Assembly (NCBI GenBank): GCA_003173895.1
Contig: PJMG01000001.1
Location: 15,576-79,575, forward strand
DNA: 64,000 nucleotides
Origin: Candidatus Levyibacteriota bacterium
GTDB taxonomy: Bacteria; Patescibacteriota; Microgenomatia; Levybacterales; UBA12049
Reading direction: 5' to 3'
Shown here: piece after piece, positions 9,804 to 19,808 of the stretch
Layout of the letters: each line of letters begins with the position of its first letter
Position numbering within the stretch: the stretch's first letter is position 1
Program-made: the position numbers and the translations under genes
Notes under the pieces: model-generated
The model's input: the letters and a program-made list of their open reading frames with translations, nothing else
The model's database searches: none
What the model was told of the DNA's origin: nothing

Positions 9804-11231
9804 TTATGCTGTAAGTGGTAATGCTGTAACTTTATATGAACCAATTTTTTGTTTATATAAATCAGTTTCTACAATATGTCTTCCTAAAATATGGGGATAT
9901 TCATATGCAGGATCTTCTTGATCATGTGTATAGCTGTAAACTTCAATTTGTCCATTTGTTATAACTAAGAGAGATACATGTTTACTATGTGTACCATCTA
10001 AAATATTTGATAAATAAATTCCATCAGAAAGGTAAGAGAAATCTTCAATAATTCTCTCATTTTCAGAAAAACCTAAAGCTTGTTCTACTGTTCTCATAAT
10101 TCTTCCTGAATATTTTCCTACTTGATAACCTAATAATTTAAATGCCCTTCTATATATCTCACTACAATCAAAAATACCTCTTATATAGGGGACATCTAAC
10201 CCATATAAAAAATCTAATAACTCTTGTGGTGTTTCTAATTTTTCAGTTATTTTTTCTGATGATAAGTTATCAATAGGATAAAGACTAACATCTTTAGTCT
10301 TTTCATTTCTTTGGAGTATGTAATATTGTCCTGAATCTTCATAGACAGTATCACCAGGAAGTAATGTCCTTTTTTCTCTATTAATATCAGTATAGAAAAT
10401 AGGTTCACCACCCTTATAGTAAACTACCTTTGCATTTTGAATTATTTTTTGTTCATCGATACTAGCAACTTGATCAATATTAATCCATCCATATCCATCT
10501 CCACTAGTGGCTAATGCATAGTCTCCATAAGTAGCGAGAAGTACTACTTTATCACCACGTCCAAAACTGGTAACTTGCATTAAATTTACTTCATCTGAGT
10601 CAAATTCAGCTGAATTATTACTTGCCGCTATTGAAGTGGGCAACAGATTACCATATGTGATAGAATCTATTACTTCTACTTGTGGTCTTTCATTTGTGTT
10701 AAAAATTTTTAGTCTATCATTACTTTCTATTCCACGTCTTCTTTGACCTAAAGTTGTACGTAAATTCATTTTTAAATCTTCGATTAAAGGAAATATATCT
10801 ATCTGACTATCTATACTCTCCTTTTGAAAAAATGGAATATATACATGCTCAGGAAATAACCGAGAAGTACCATCTATCATACGAGATATCATTGATATTA
10901 CTTCTTGTTCTCCTAATGTAGATATAGATTCTGAAAGATGATTATATGGCGGAAGTTTTTTCAGCTTTTCAGCAAAACTAAGATTAGATACATCAGGAAT
11001 TTCATCTCTTTCGCTTGAAAAAGCTTTATAAGCTTCCTCATCTCCTCTTAACAAAGCAGAAGCTTGAGAAGAAGTGAGATGAACTGAATCTCGATAAATT
11101 TCTGGATCTGCTGCACCTATAAGTTCATTAAGTATTGGGTGGAGTTCATTCAAGGATGTAGGTTGTGTTAAACCTGCACGAACTCTTTTAGCTAAATCAT
11201 TGTAGATATTTAAAGTTAAATTTTCATTCAT
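9804..11231 (-). CDS. NlpC/P60 (C40) peptidase-like protein with SH3-like segment and novel N-terminus
   Basis: VPY..G.FDCSE..RRAF, later KHVSL; GYGWI SH3-like motif; ATG at 11231. Confidence 0.6.
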   Translation of the reverse strand: MNENLTLNIYNDLAKRVRAGLTQPTSLNELHPILNELIGAADPEIYRDSVHLTSSQASALLRGDEEAYKAFSSERDEIPDVSNLSFAEKLKKLPPYNHLSESISTLGEQEVISMISRMIDGTSRLFPEHVYIPFFQKESIDSQIDIFPLIEDLKMNLRTTLGQRRRGIESNDRLKIFNTNERPQVEVIDSITYGNLLPTSIAASNNSAEFDSDEVNLMQVTSFGRGDKVVLLATYGDYALATSGDGYGWINIDQVASIDEQKIIQNAKVVYYKGGEPIFYTDINREKRTLLPGDTVYEDSGQYYILQRNEKTKDVSLYPIDNLSSEKITEKLETPQELLDFLYGLDVPYIRGIFDCSEIYRRAFKLLGYQVGKYSGRIMRTVEQALGFSENERIIEDFSYLSDGIYLSNILDGTHSKHVSLLVITNGQIEVYSYTHDQEDPAYEYPHILGRHIVETDLYKQKIGSYKVTALPLTA

Positions 11232-11283
11232 ATTAATTGAATTAGTATTGTAACCAATCAATTAAAAAAGTACAAGAAAATTT

Positions 11284-11311
11284 TTGACAACTTAGTATTT
11301 TTATGTATAAT
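11284..11311 (+). promoter_or_regulatory. sigma70 promoter, probably leaderless murE transcript
   Basis: TTGACA-16 nt-TATAAT, ATG 7 nt downstream, no SD. Confidence 0.75.
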
Positions 11312-11318
11312 CTAATTT

Positions 11319-12518
11319 ATGTGGCAGCAAGCAAAAAATACATATCATCTTTTTCAAGGAATTACTGCTAATATTTATTATGGAAAACCTGGTAGGAAAT
11401 TAATTGTTATCGGTGTCACGGGAACTGATGGGAAAACCACTACAGTAAATCTTATTTATCATATTTTAAGAAATGCAGGGAAAAATGTATCAATTGTCTC
11501 AACTACAGGGGCCAATATACACGGAAAACAATCAAATTTAGCATTTCATGTTACTAATCCCGCTTCCTGGCCTTTACAGAAATTTTTAAATCAAGCAGCA
11601 AAAACTAACTTTAAAGAGAATTATATTGTTTTAGAAGTAAGTTCTCATGGTATTGACCAACATAGAGTATTTGGAATACCTTTTACTATTGGCGTTGTAA
11701 CTAATATAACTCCAGAACATTTGGATTATCATAAAACTTATAATGAATACGTTAGAACTAAAACTAAGCTTCTTAACAGAGCTAAAATAGCAGTAATAAA
11801 TAAGGATGATAGTTCTTATTCAAAAATATTAAGGTATCTAAAAAATAAAAATGTAGTTACTTATGGCATGGGTAAAAATGTTGATGTAAATGAAAAAATT
11901 TTCTCTTATAAATCACCTCTTATTGGAGATTTTAATAGATATAATGTTTTAGCTGCTATTAGTGCTTGTAAAAGTTTAGGACTAACAAATAAAGAGATAG
12001 CAAAAGGCATTGAAACTTTTAAAACTCCTCTAGGTAGAATGAATAAAATACCCAATAAGCTTGGAATTAATATTATTGTCGACTATGCCCATACTGCTAA
12101 TGGTATTAAACAAGCGCTAACAGCACTCAAAAAACAAAGTAAGAAAAAACTTATTGCAATTGTGGGTGGAGAAGGGTATAGAGATGAAAAGAAAAGACCT
12201 ATTATTGGAGAGGTTGCTACAAAGTTAGCTAATTATGTCATTATTAGTGCTGTGGATCCTAGAGGACTTCAAGAGGAAATTAATAAAGAAATCTTAGCAG
12301 GTGTTAAAAAGGCAGGCGGTAAATTAGATAAAAATATTTTTGTAATAAATGATCGAAAAGAAGCTATTGATTTTGCAATTAATAAACTGGCTAGAAAAGG
12401 AGATACCGTTAGTATGTTTGGTAAAGGGCATGAGAGATCTATGAATATAGATGGAAAACATGAGATTCCTTGGTCAGAATACGAAGCTGTAGCAAGTGCT
12501 CTTAAAAAACATATATAA
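11319..12518 (+). CDS. murE: UDP-MurNAc-tripeptide synthetase
   Basis: GVTGTDGKTTT, LEVSSHG, TNITPEHLDYH, VDYAHT, GKGHE. Confidence 0.9.
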   Translation: MWQQAKNTYHLFQGITANIYYGKPGRKLIVIGVTGTDGKTTTVNLIYHILRNAGKNVSIVSTTGANIHGKQSNLAFHVTNPASWPLQKFLNQAAKTNFKENYIVLEVSSHGIDQHRVFGIPFTIGVVTNITPEHLDYHKTYNEYVRTKTKLLNRAKIAVINKDDSSYSKILRYLKNKNVVTYGMGKNVDVNEKIFSYKSPLIGDFNRYNVLAAISACKSLGLTNKEIAKGIETFKTPLGRMNKIPNKLGINIIVDYAHTANGIKQALTALKKQSKKKLIAIVGGEGYRDEKKRPIIGEVATKLANYVIISAVDPRGLQEEINKEILAGVKKAGGKLDKNIFVINDRKEAIDFAINKLARKGDTVSMFGKGHERSMNIDGKHEIPWSEYEAVASALKKHI

Positions 12519-12547
12519 TCTTCATTTTGAGGAATTAGTATTAAATT

Positions 12548-13480
12548 ATGAATAAGGTATCTTTAATTGGAATTCCTTTAGATTTGGGGGCAGAAAATTT
12601 GGGTGTAGATATTGGCCCTAATGCATTTCGTTATCAACATATTAAAGAGAAACTAGAAGAAAGTGGTATATTTATAAATGATCTAGGTAATATTCTTTGT
12701 AATCCCCGTACTTCTTTAAGAATAGGTGAACCTAAATTGAAGTATCTTCAAGAAATAGTTCGTGTATCAGAAAAATCTGCGAATAAAATTTTTAATATCA
12801 TTAAAAAAAATGGGAGAGTTATTGCTCTGGGAGGAGATCACTCAATAAGCTTAGGTTTAGTCTCGGGCGCTTCGGCAGCATTAAATGGTGATTTAGGATT
12901 AATATATCTTGATGCTCATGGAGATATGAATACTGATAAAACAACTTCTACTGGAAATATTCATGGTATGCATTTAGCATCATTAATGGGTTTTGGAGAT
13001 AAGAGACTTACAAATGTTTATGATACTTCAACTAAAATTAAAAAAGAAAATTTACTTCATATAGGAAGTAATGATCTAGATGAAGGTGAAATTACATTTA
13101 TAAAAAAAGAAGAATTACAATGTTATAGTATATTTGATATTCTATCTCATGGACTAGCTCCTTTATTTAAATTAATTGATAAACTTCAATCCTCCGTTAA
13201 AAATTTATGGATAAGTTTAGATCTAGATGTGATTGACAGCATTTATGCCCCAGGTGCTGGCATGCCTAATAAAGCAGGATTAAGTTATAGAGAAATAACT
13301 ACTATTGCTCAGTATATTGGAAATCATTGTAATATTATTGGATTGGATATCGTAGAGTATAATCCTTTACAAGATATCGAAGGAAAAACTGCTGAATTAG
13401 GAATTGAACTTATTGCTAAATTATTAGGACATAACTATAGTTGGTATACTAATTACATGAAAGAAAACAAAATTAAATAA
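12548..13480 (+). CDS. rocF: arginase
   Basis: GVDIGP, LGGDHS, DAHGDMN, SLDLDVID Mn-binding motifs. Confidence 0.92.
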   Translation: MNKVSLIGIPLDLGAENLGVDIGPNAFRYQHIKEKLEESGIFINDLGNILCNPRTSLRIGEPKLKYLQEIVRVSEKSANKIFNIIKKNGRVIALGGDHSISLGLVSGASAALNGDLGLIYLDAHGDMNTDKTTSTGNIHGMHLASLMGFGDKRLTNVYDTSTKIKKENLLHIGSNDLDEGEITFIKKEELQCYSIFDILSHGLAPLFKLIDKLQSSVKNLWISLDLDVIDSIYAPGAGMPNKAGLSYREITTIAQYIGNHCNIIGLDIVEYNPLQDIEGKTAELGIELIAKLLGHNYSWYTNYMKENKIK

Positions 13481-13484
13481 GCTT

Positions 13485-14261
13485 ATGAGTAATTCTCTCT
13501 ATGAGCTAGCAAATGAGTATATAAATTTTAGGATTGGATTTAAAAAAATTAATGTTCCATATGCCATATCCTCTTATGCAATTAAAAAATATGGCATTGG
13601 AAGTAATATACAAGCAGCTACTACAGGCAAATTTGAAAATTATTCAGGTAAAGGAACTCCTAATCAAATCAGAAAAGCATTAATTAATGCAGCAAAAAAA
13701 GAAAACTTCAATTTGGATAAAGCTACGTCAAAAGATATTTATAAATTTATGGAATCGCATGGAATAGGTATAGATTGTTCTGGTTTTGTTTATAACATTT
13801 TAAATACATATTTAATTAAAAAAGAAAATAAAAGTTTAGATAATATAATTCTTCGCTATAAAGGAGTATTAGGATATTTTGAAAGATTTTTACTTGTAAA
13901 AAATCGTGTGAGAAGAAGCAGTGCGAATACCTTAACAAATGATTTAAATACAATAAAAATAAATAAAGTAAAAGATATAGAATTAGCCGATATAATCAGA
14001 CTTACTCATTCTGATTGGAAGGGGAAACATATTGCAATTATTGTTGATGTAAATAAAAAATATATTACCTATGCTATGAGCAGTGAGTATACTAAAATTA
14101 AAGGAGCTCATTTTGGGCGAATTAAAATAATAGATCCAGATAAAAGCCTTGAAAAACAACAATGGGAAGAGTTAACAAAGAAGGGTAAAAATTATGGAAG
14201 AGATGAATTTAATCCCAAAAGAGGAGATGCTGTTAAAAGATTAAGAATATTTAGTAAATAA
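13485..14261 (+). CDS. NlpC/P60-like cysteine peptidase/amidase
   Basis: GIDCSGFVY and KHIAII. Confidence 0.65.
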   Translation: MSNSLYELANEYINFRIGFKKINVPYAISSYAIKKYGIGSNIQAATTGKFENYSGKGTPNQIRKALINAAKKENFNLDKATSKDIYKFMESHGIGIDCSGFVYNILNTYLIKKENKSLDNIILRYKGVLGYFERFLLVKNRVRRSSANTLTNDLNTIKINKVKDIELADIIRLTHSDWKGKHIAIIVDVNKKYITYAMSSEYTKIKGAHFGRIKIIDPDKSLEKQQWEELTKKGKNYGRDEFNPKRGDAVKRLRIFSK

Positions 14262-14294
14262 AATTATCCAGATATTTATTCTAAAATAAAAAAA

Positions 14295-15278
14295 ATGAAA
14301 GTTAAAATAATAGAGCTTCAGAATCTAGCTCATAAAATACTCCATAAATATAATTATTCTACTCAAGAAATAGAAATAATTTTAGAAATACTTATGTATG
14401 CTCAACTACGAGGTAATAATCAAGGTTTAATAAAATTGGTGGGTCAAACTTTCCTTAAAAATTTAGACTCTAAACCTTTAGAGGTATTAAAAGAAACAAA
14501 ACTTTCTATTATCCTTAATGGTAATCAATCTCCAGCCATGATAGTTATGAAAAATGCTATGGATGGGGTTATAAAAAAAGCCTTAGAACATGGTTTTGGA
14601 ATTGCTGGAACTAATAATACTAGTTCGTCTACTGGAGCAATTGGTTATTATGCTAATGAAATAGCTAAAAAAGGATTGATCGGTTTCGTGTTTGCTGGAT
14701 CATCTGAAACTGTGGCTACTTATGGATCTTATGAACCAATATTCGGGACAAATCCTTTAGCAATAGGTATACCATCAGATAAAAACCCTATTGTATTGGA
14801 TATGGCAACAGCCGCAATGGCTTATTTTGGAATTGTGGAAGCAAAAGTTGCTGGAAAATCTATTCCTACTAATATTGCTTATGATTCAGAGGGAAATATA
14901 ACTACTGATCCTACAAAAGCATTAGAAGGAGCAATTATGACATTCGATAGAAGTTATAAAAGTGCAGGCTTAGCTATGATTATAGAAATATTAACTGGGC
15001 CATTAGTTGGTGCTACTTTTACTGGAATAGGTAAAGAAAATAATTGGGGAAATTTAATTTTTGCACTTGATCCGGATTTATTAGTAGATAAGGAAGAATT
15101 TAAACAAAATATTTCTTTGATGGTGAAAAAGATAAAAGGTAGTAAAAAATTACCAGAAACTAAAGAAATTTATGTTCCTGGAGAAAGAGGTAACAATTTA
15201 GCACAAAAAAGAATTTCCTTAGGAGAGATTGAAATTGAAGATAATTTATATAACCAATTAATGAAAATTATCAATTAA
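14295..15278 (+). CDS. Ldh_2 family oxidoreductase (type-2 malate/L-lactate dehydrogenase, DpkA-like)
   Basis: GTNPLAIGIP, LDMATAA, YKSAGLA, VPGERG. Confidence 0.88.
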   Translation: MKVKIIELQNLAHKILHKYNYSTQEIEIILEILMYAQLRGNNQGLIKLVGQTFLKNLDSKPLEVLKETKLSIILNGNQSPAMIVMKNAMDGVIKKALEHGFGIAGTNNTSSSTGAIGYYANEIAKKGLIGFVFAGSSETVATYGSYEPIFGTNPLAIGIPSDKNPIVLDMATAAMAYFGIVEAKVAGKSIPTNIAYDSEGNITTDPTKALEGAIMTFDRSYKSAGLAMIIEILTGPLVGATFTGIGKENNWGNLIFALDPDLLVDKEEFKQNISLMVKKIKGSKKLPETKEIYVPGERGNNLAQKRISLGEIEIEDNLYNQLMKIIN

Positions 15279-15297
15279 GATAATAAAGTTTAGTGAC

Positions 15298-15969
15298 TTA
15301 AAATGGCTGTTCATTTGGATGATTTTCACTCCACAGTTTTCTAAACTCAGCCAGGGCGATTAAACGAGAATTATTTAAAATCCCTTGATTCAGCGCCTGT
15401 AAATCTGTACGTAATAAAGTCCCTAATTGTGAAAATAGTGTGTCATATTCTGGATGACGAGTGCTATCTCCTTGTAAAGCATAACGTGTAAGAAAGCTAG
15501 CATATGGATCGCGACTAGAGTCAGCTTCTGGGAGAGAAGTATCTATATTTCCTTCATTTGGTCTTATTCTTGGATTCTTTTGATAATAAAGATCTCTTTT
15601 TATCATTCCTTCTAGAATAGAAGGTAAAATATCATGAGGTTTAGGATACATTTGTAAGTTAGTCCTATGATTTGCAGATTCTGTAGCTAGGACATTCCAT
15701 GCGTTAATAATCATTTTTCCTCTCATTGGATCATCTGATGTTCCGAAAGAGGGATTATGCTGATGAGGCGCAGTAATATTTAATATGTCTTCTGGAGAAT
15801 AAGGAGTTATATTTTCTTTATCCAAATAACCACTTGCAATAATCCATTTAAGAATCTCAGGTTGTAATTTAATGTGATCGCCTTGAGCAAATCTAAAAGA
15901 TTGCCTAAATAAACGGTGGGTTAATCCAAGAGTATCAACTTGTCGTTCCACTTTATTCTCAATAGCCAT
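15298..15969 (-). CDS. hypothetical protein
   Basis: Long ORF; ATG at 15969 avoids overlap with the racemase gene and follows a TACTAT box. Confidence 0.55.
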   Translation of the reverse strand: MAIENKVERQVDTLGLTHRLFRQSFRFAQGDHIKLQPEILKWIIASGYLDKENITPYSPEDILNITAPHQHNPSFGTSDDPMRGKMIINAWNVLATESANHRTNLQMYPKPHDILPSILEGMIKRDLYYQKNPRIRPNEGNIDTSLPEADSSRDPYASFLTRYALQGDSTRHPEYDTLFSQLGTLLRTDLQALNQGILNNSRLIALAEFRKLWSENHPNEQPF

Positions 15970-16021
15970 ATTAATAAATATAGTAACACAAATTGGTTGC
16001 TTCGTATATAAAGTAGATTTA

Positions 16022-16831
16022 TTACTTATCTTCAATATCTGCAGCTAATTCAAAAGCTTTTTTTGCCAATAAACGAGTTGTATCAATAAAGGGTAAGGGA
16101 GATTGTTCTTCGCTGGTAATGACAACAGGTATTTCTGTACATCCTGCAATAAATGCATCACAACCCATATCTTTTAGTTCTTGAATAAAATGTAGCATTT
16201 TACTTGTAGTTTCGGACGTAGGGCTACCTTCAATAATATCTTTAAAAATTAAATCGTTCAATTGTTTTTGTCTAGTAGGAGATAATGTTAGCGATTTTAT
16301 ACCAACTTTTTTTAACGCATCTTCGTATAACCCATCACTCATAGTAACATCTACTCCTAAAACACCTACCATATTGAACCCTCTTCTTTTACACTCTTCA
16401 ACTGTAATATCAACGATATTCATTACAGGAATTGGAGAAAGTTCTTGGACTTTTTTTATTGCATAATGAGGAGAATTTGATGGTATAAGTGCGAAATCCA
16501 CTCCAGATCTATCTAATAATTCTAAAGATTCTAGGAGTTTCTCTGCCACAACATCCCAATCTTTGGAATGGATAGCAGGATTAATCTCATTTAAAGGTAA
16601 GTTAGAGTAGGTAATTTGTGGATGGATTAGAGTGGTTTCACCAAAATACTTATAGCTTTCATTCATAATAGTCTCTATACATAAAAGCGCTCCGGGAATA
16701 GTTACCCCAGCAATACCAATATGTTTCATAGGCCTTCGAATCTCTCTTCTTTCTGCTTGACCTACTTGAATAACCTGAATTCCTTTATTTTCTAATTCAG
16801 AACTTCTTGGATTATTATCGGGTTGAGACAT
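16022..16831 (-). CDS. Asp/Glu racemase family protein, paralog of 7494..8183 with N-terminal extension
   Basis: MKHIGIAGVT core start, LIPSNSPHY, AGCTEIP, shared SPLPFIDTTRLLA. Confidence 0.85.
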   Translation of the reverse strand: MSQPDNNPRSSELENKGIQVIQVGQAERREIRRPMKHIGIAGVTIPGALLCIETIMNESYKYFGETTLIHPQITYSNLPLNEINPAIHSKDWDVVAEKLLESLELLDRSGVDFALIPSNSPHYAIKKVQELSPIPVMNIVDITVEECKRRGFNMVGVLGVDVTMSDGLYEDALKKVGIKSLTLSPTRQKQLNDLIFKDIIEGSPTSETTSKMLHFIQELKDMGCDAFIAGCTEIPVVITSEEQSPLPFIDTTRLLAKKAFELAADIEDK

Positions 16832-16892
16832 AAACCAATAAAGTATAACATAGGTAAAAATGTGTTTGCTCTACAGTTTTAACCGAACTTTA

Positions 16893-17234
16893 TTAGAACA
16901 GTTTTTCTCCAATTTTAGCTTCTTTATTAGGAGTGACTAAAACTACATTACCATTTTTATCTTTAACACCTAAGGTTAGTACTTCAGAAATAAATGGACC
17001 AATTTGCTTAGGCGGAAAATTTACTACTCCTAAAACTTGCGTATAAATTAAGTCTTCTTTTTTATAATTAGCTACAATTTGTGCCGATGATTTTTTAATT
17101 CCTATTTCTTCTCCAAAATCTATTTCTAGTTTGTATGCAGGTTTTCTAGCTTCTGGAAAATCTTCCACTTTAATTATTTTTCCAACCTTAATATCTATTT
17201 TTTCAAAACCAGAAAAATCAATCATATTATCCAT
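16893..17234 (-). CDS. csaA: CsaA/Trbp111-like OB-fold tRNA-binding protein
   Basis: FPEARKPAYKL, SSAQI, VVNFPPKQIG, SEVLTLG. Confidence 0.9.
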   Translation of the reverse strand: MDNMIDFSGFEKIDIKVGKIIKVEDFPEARKPAYKLEIDFGEEIGIKKSSAQIVANYKKEDLIYTQVLGVVNFPPKQIGPFISEVLTLGVKDKNGNVVLVTPNKEAKIGEKLF

Positions 17235-17298
17235 AGCAATTTATATAAGTGTTGACGGTTGTGTAAGGGAAAGTCGCGACAGAACCACAAGAATTAAA

Positions 17299-18756
17299 TT
17301 AATATGCTTGCGCAAAATACCATCTGTATTTTGCATCTTTACCACAATAAATGCATTTACCGTTTTCTTCTTTTGTATCAAAAGATAAACAGCGAGTAGT
17401 AGCTTTTGTTTCTTCTTTAATTTTAGCTTCACAGTTAGCATCTTCACACCATAATGCTTTTATAAAACCACGTTTAGTCGCCATAATTTTTTTGAATTCA
17501 TCATAGGAATCAATTGTATGGGTATTTTCATCTAAAAATTTCTTAGCATTTTTAAAAAGTTGATTTTGAACTTTTGAAAGTAAATGATCTACCTCCACTC
17601 CCGCTTTATCTAAAATAATTTCAAAACTATTTTTATCTTCAATACTAATTCTAGTTTTTACTGTTAATGATCTATTTTCTAACTCTTTTAAGCCAACGAC
17701 AATTCTAACTGGTATGCCTTTTAATTCTGCTTCGTTATTTTTAAAACCAAATGTTTTCCAACTCTCATCCCAAATTTCTATACCACCTGGAAATTCTGAA
17801 CTACTACTTTCTAAAATCTCTTTAATTTTTTTGGCATAATCCAGTATTTTTTCGTCTTCTTTGCCTAAGATTGGAATTATTACTATTTTAGTTGGTGCTA
17901 TTTTAGGAGGAAGAATGAGCCCTTGATCATCTCCATGAGTTAAGAAAAGGCCACCTAAACTTCGAGTAGAAAAACCCCAAGAAGTTTGCCAAACAAAATC
18001 ATTATTCCCTTCTTTATTTTGAAATGAAATATTAAAAGCTTTAGAAAAATTTTGTCCTAAATTATGAGATGTACACGCTTGAAGAGCTTTACCATCTGGC
18101 ATAAGTGCTTCCACTGTAAAAGTAGTTTTAGCACCAGCAAATTTTTCTTTTTCACTTTTTCGACCTGTTATAACAGGCATTGCATAATAATTCTCATAAG
18201 TTGTTTGATACCACTCAAGTGCTTTAGTTTGCATTTCTATTGCTTCCTTTTCGGTAGCATGAGCTGTATGTCCCTCTTGCCATAGAAATTCTGTAGTTCT
18301 AAGAAATAAATATGTTCTTTTTTCCCATCTAACTACATTATTCCATTGATTAATAAGTAGAGGTAAATCTCGCCAGGACTGAATCCACTTAGAATAAGTA
18401 TCGTACATAATAGTTTCTGAAGTAGGACGAACTACAACTGGCTCTTGAAGTTTCTCACCCCCACCAATAGTCACTACTGCTAATTCTGGTGAAAATCCTT
18501 CTACATGACTTTTCTCGCGATTTAAAAATCCCATTGGGATAAAAAGAGGGAAGTAAGCATTCTTTACTCCATAACTTTTAAACATCCTATCCAAAATATT
18601 CTGGACATTTTCCCAAATTGAATAACCATAAGGACGAATAATCATAGTTCCCTTAACAGGACCATAATCAGCTAGTTGAGCTTTTAAAACCACATCGTTA
18701 TACCACTCAGAAATGTTTTCAGATTTTTTAGTAATTTCTTTTTTATCAAAACTCAT
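17299..18756 (-). CDS. proS: proline--tRNA ligase (archaeal/eukaryotic type)
   Basis: VRPTSET, NQWNNVVRWE, FLWQEGHTAH, C-terminal zinc domain ending AQAY. Confidence 0.97.
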   Translation of the reverse strand: MSFDKKEITKKSENISEWYNDVVLKAQLADYGPVKGTMIIRPYGYSIWENVQNILDRMFKSYGVKNAYFPLFIPMGFLNREKSHVEGFSPELAVVTIGGGEKLQEPVVVRPTSETIMYDTYSKWIQSWRDLPLLINQWNNVVRWEKRTYLFLRTTEFLWQEGHTAHATEKEAIEMQTKALEWYQTTYENYYAMPVITGRKSEKEKFAGAKTTFTVEALMPDGKALQACTSHNLGQNFSKAFNISFQNKEGNNDFVWQTSWGFSTRSLGGLFLTHGDDQGLILPPKIAPTKIVIIPILGKEDEKILDYAKKIKEILESSSSEFPGGIEIWDESWKTFGFKNNEAELKGIPVRIVVGLKELENRSLTVKTRISIEDKNSFEIILDKAGVEVDHLLSKVQNQLFKNAKKFLDENTHTIDSYDEFKKIMATKRGFIKALWCEDANCEAKIKEETKATTRCLSFDTKEENGKCIYCGKDAKYRWYFAQAY

Positions 18757-18774
18757 AATTTTAGTATATAAAAT

Positions 18775-19797
18775 TTATTTTATTAAAGATATCAAATCTT
18801 TAGGATCTTTCATATCAGGAAGTAAATTAAGTTCTTCACCAATTCCATATCTCTTTGACAATTCATAAGTGAGCCTTAGGGCAGAGTAGTCTTCTAAACC
18901 AATTCCTACAGAATCAAATAATGTTATCTCTTTATCATTTTCGCGTCCTTTTTGATTACCATTTATTATTTCAAACATTTCAGCACTTACCATTTTTTTA
19001 GCATCTTTCAGTTTTAAACGTTGAATTTCTCCTTCTATAAAAGATTGTTCAAAATATTCGACGACAATTCTGCTCCTATTTAGAATACTTAACTCAAGCT
19101 CTGTTTTTCCCACTGTATCTCCTCCAAGTGCATTAAGATGCATACCATTTTTAACCCAATCATTTTTAATTACATCTACATTGGCTTTACAAGCAGTACA
19201 AACTGTAATAATATCTGCATTTTCTATTGTTTCCTGTACATTTTTGCCACGAACAAGCTTAAGTCCACTATCTTTCATATTTTTTTCAAATTTATCCATT
19301 GCTTTAGCATCAATATCAAAGTATCTTACTTCTTTAATATCTCTAATTAATTGCATACCTTTAACTTGAAATTCACTTTGAGCACCTGTACCAATAACGG
19401 CTAAAACTTTAGCATTTTTTCGCGCCATTAAATTTGTAGCTAAAGCAGAATTAGCAGCAGTTCGAAGAGCAGTAAGTAAAGTCATCTCACTGAACATGAG
19501 TGGATAGCCTGTATCAATTCGTGACAACTGACCTGTGGCCACTATGGTCATTTTCCCACTTTCTGGATTTTTAGGATGACAATTTACATATTTAAATGTG
19601 TAATAAAGTTCATTATCACAAATAGGCATGAGCTCTAAAACTCCACCAGGAACATGCATAGCAGGGCGGGGCATTTTAGTAAATTTATCCCACCTACTAT
19701 AATCTCTCTTTAATGCTTCCATTAAATCTTTCAGATAGTTTTCAAAACCATGTTTTTCTAAAATTTTATTTAATGATTCAATTGATATTATTTTCAT
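18775..19797 (-). CDS. ocd: ornithine cyclodeaminase
   Basis: GVLELMP, FKYVNCHP, LTALRTAA, GTGAQSEFQ, FDSVG. Confidence 0.93.
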   Translation of the reverse strand: MKIISIESLNKILEKHGFENYLKDLMEALKRDYSRWDKFTKMPRPAMHVPGGVLELMPICDNELYYTFKYVNCHPKNPESGKMTIVATGQLSRIDTGYPLMFSEMTLLTALRTAANSALATNLMARKNAKVLAVIGTGAQSEFQVKGMQLIRDIKEVRYFDIDAKAMDKFEKNMKDSGLKLVRGKNVQETIENADIITVCTACKANVDVIKNDWVKNGMHLNALGGDTVGKTELELSILNRSRIVVEYFEQSFIEGEIQRLKLKDAKKMVSAEMFEIINGNQKGRENDKEITLFDSVGIGLEDYSALRLTYELSKRYGIGEELNLLPDMKDPKDLISLIK

Positions 19798-19808
19798 ATA
19801 TTTTTAAA

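Noticed and set aside
17235..17298. Relatively GC-rich spacer between proS and csaA with a GTCGCGAC palindrome
   Set aside because: Could not fold it into a convincing riboswitch or terminator by eye; an Rfam scan would settle it.
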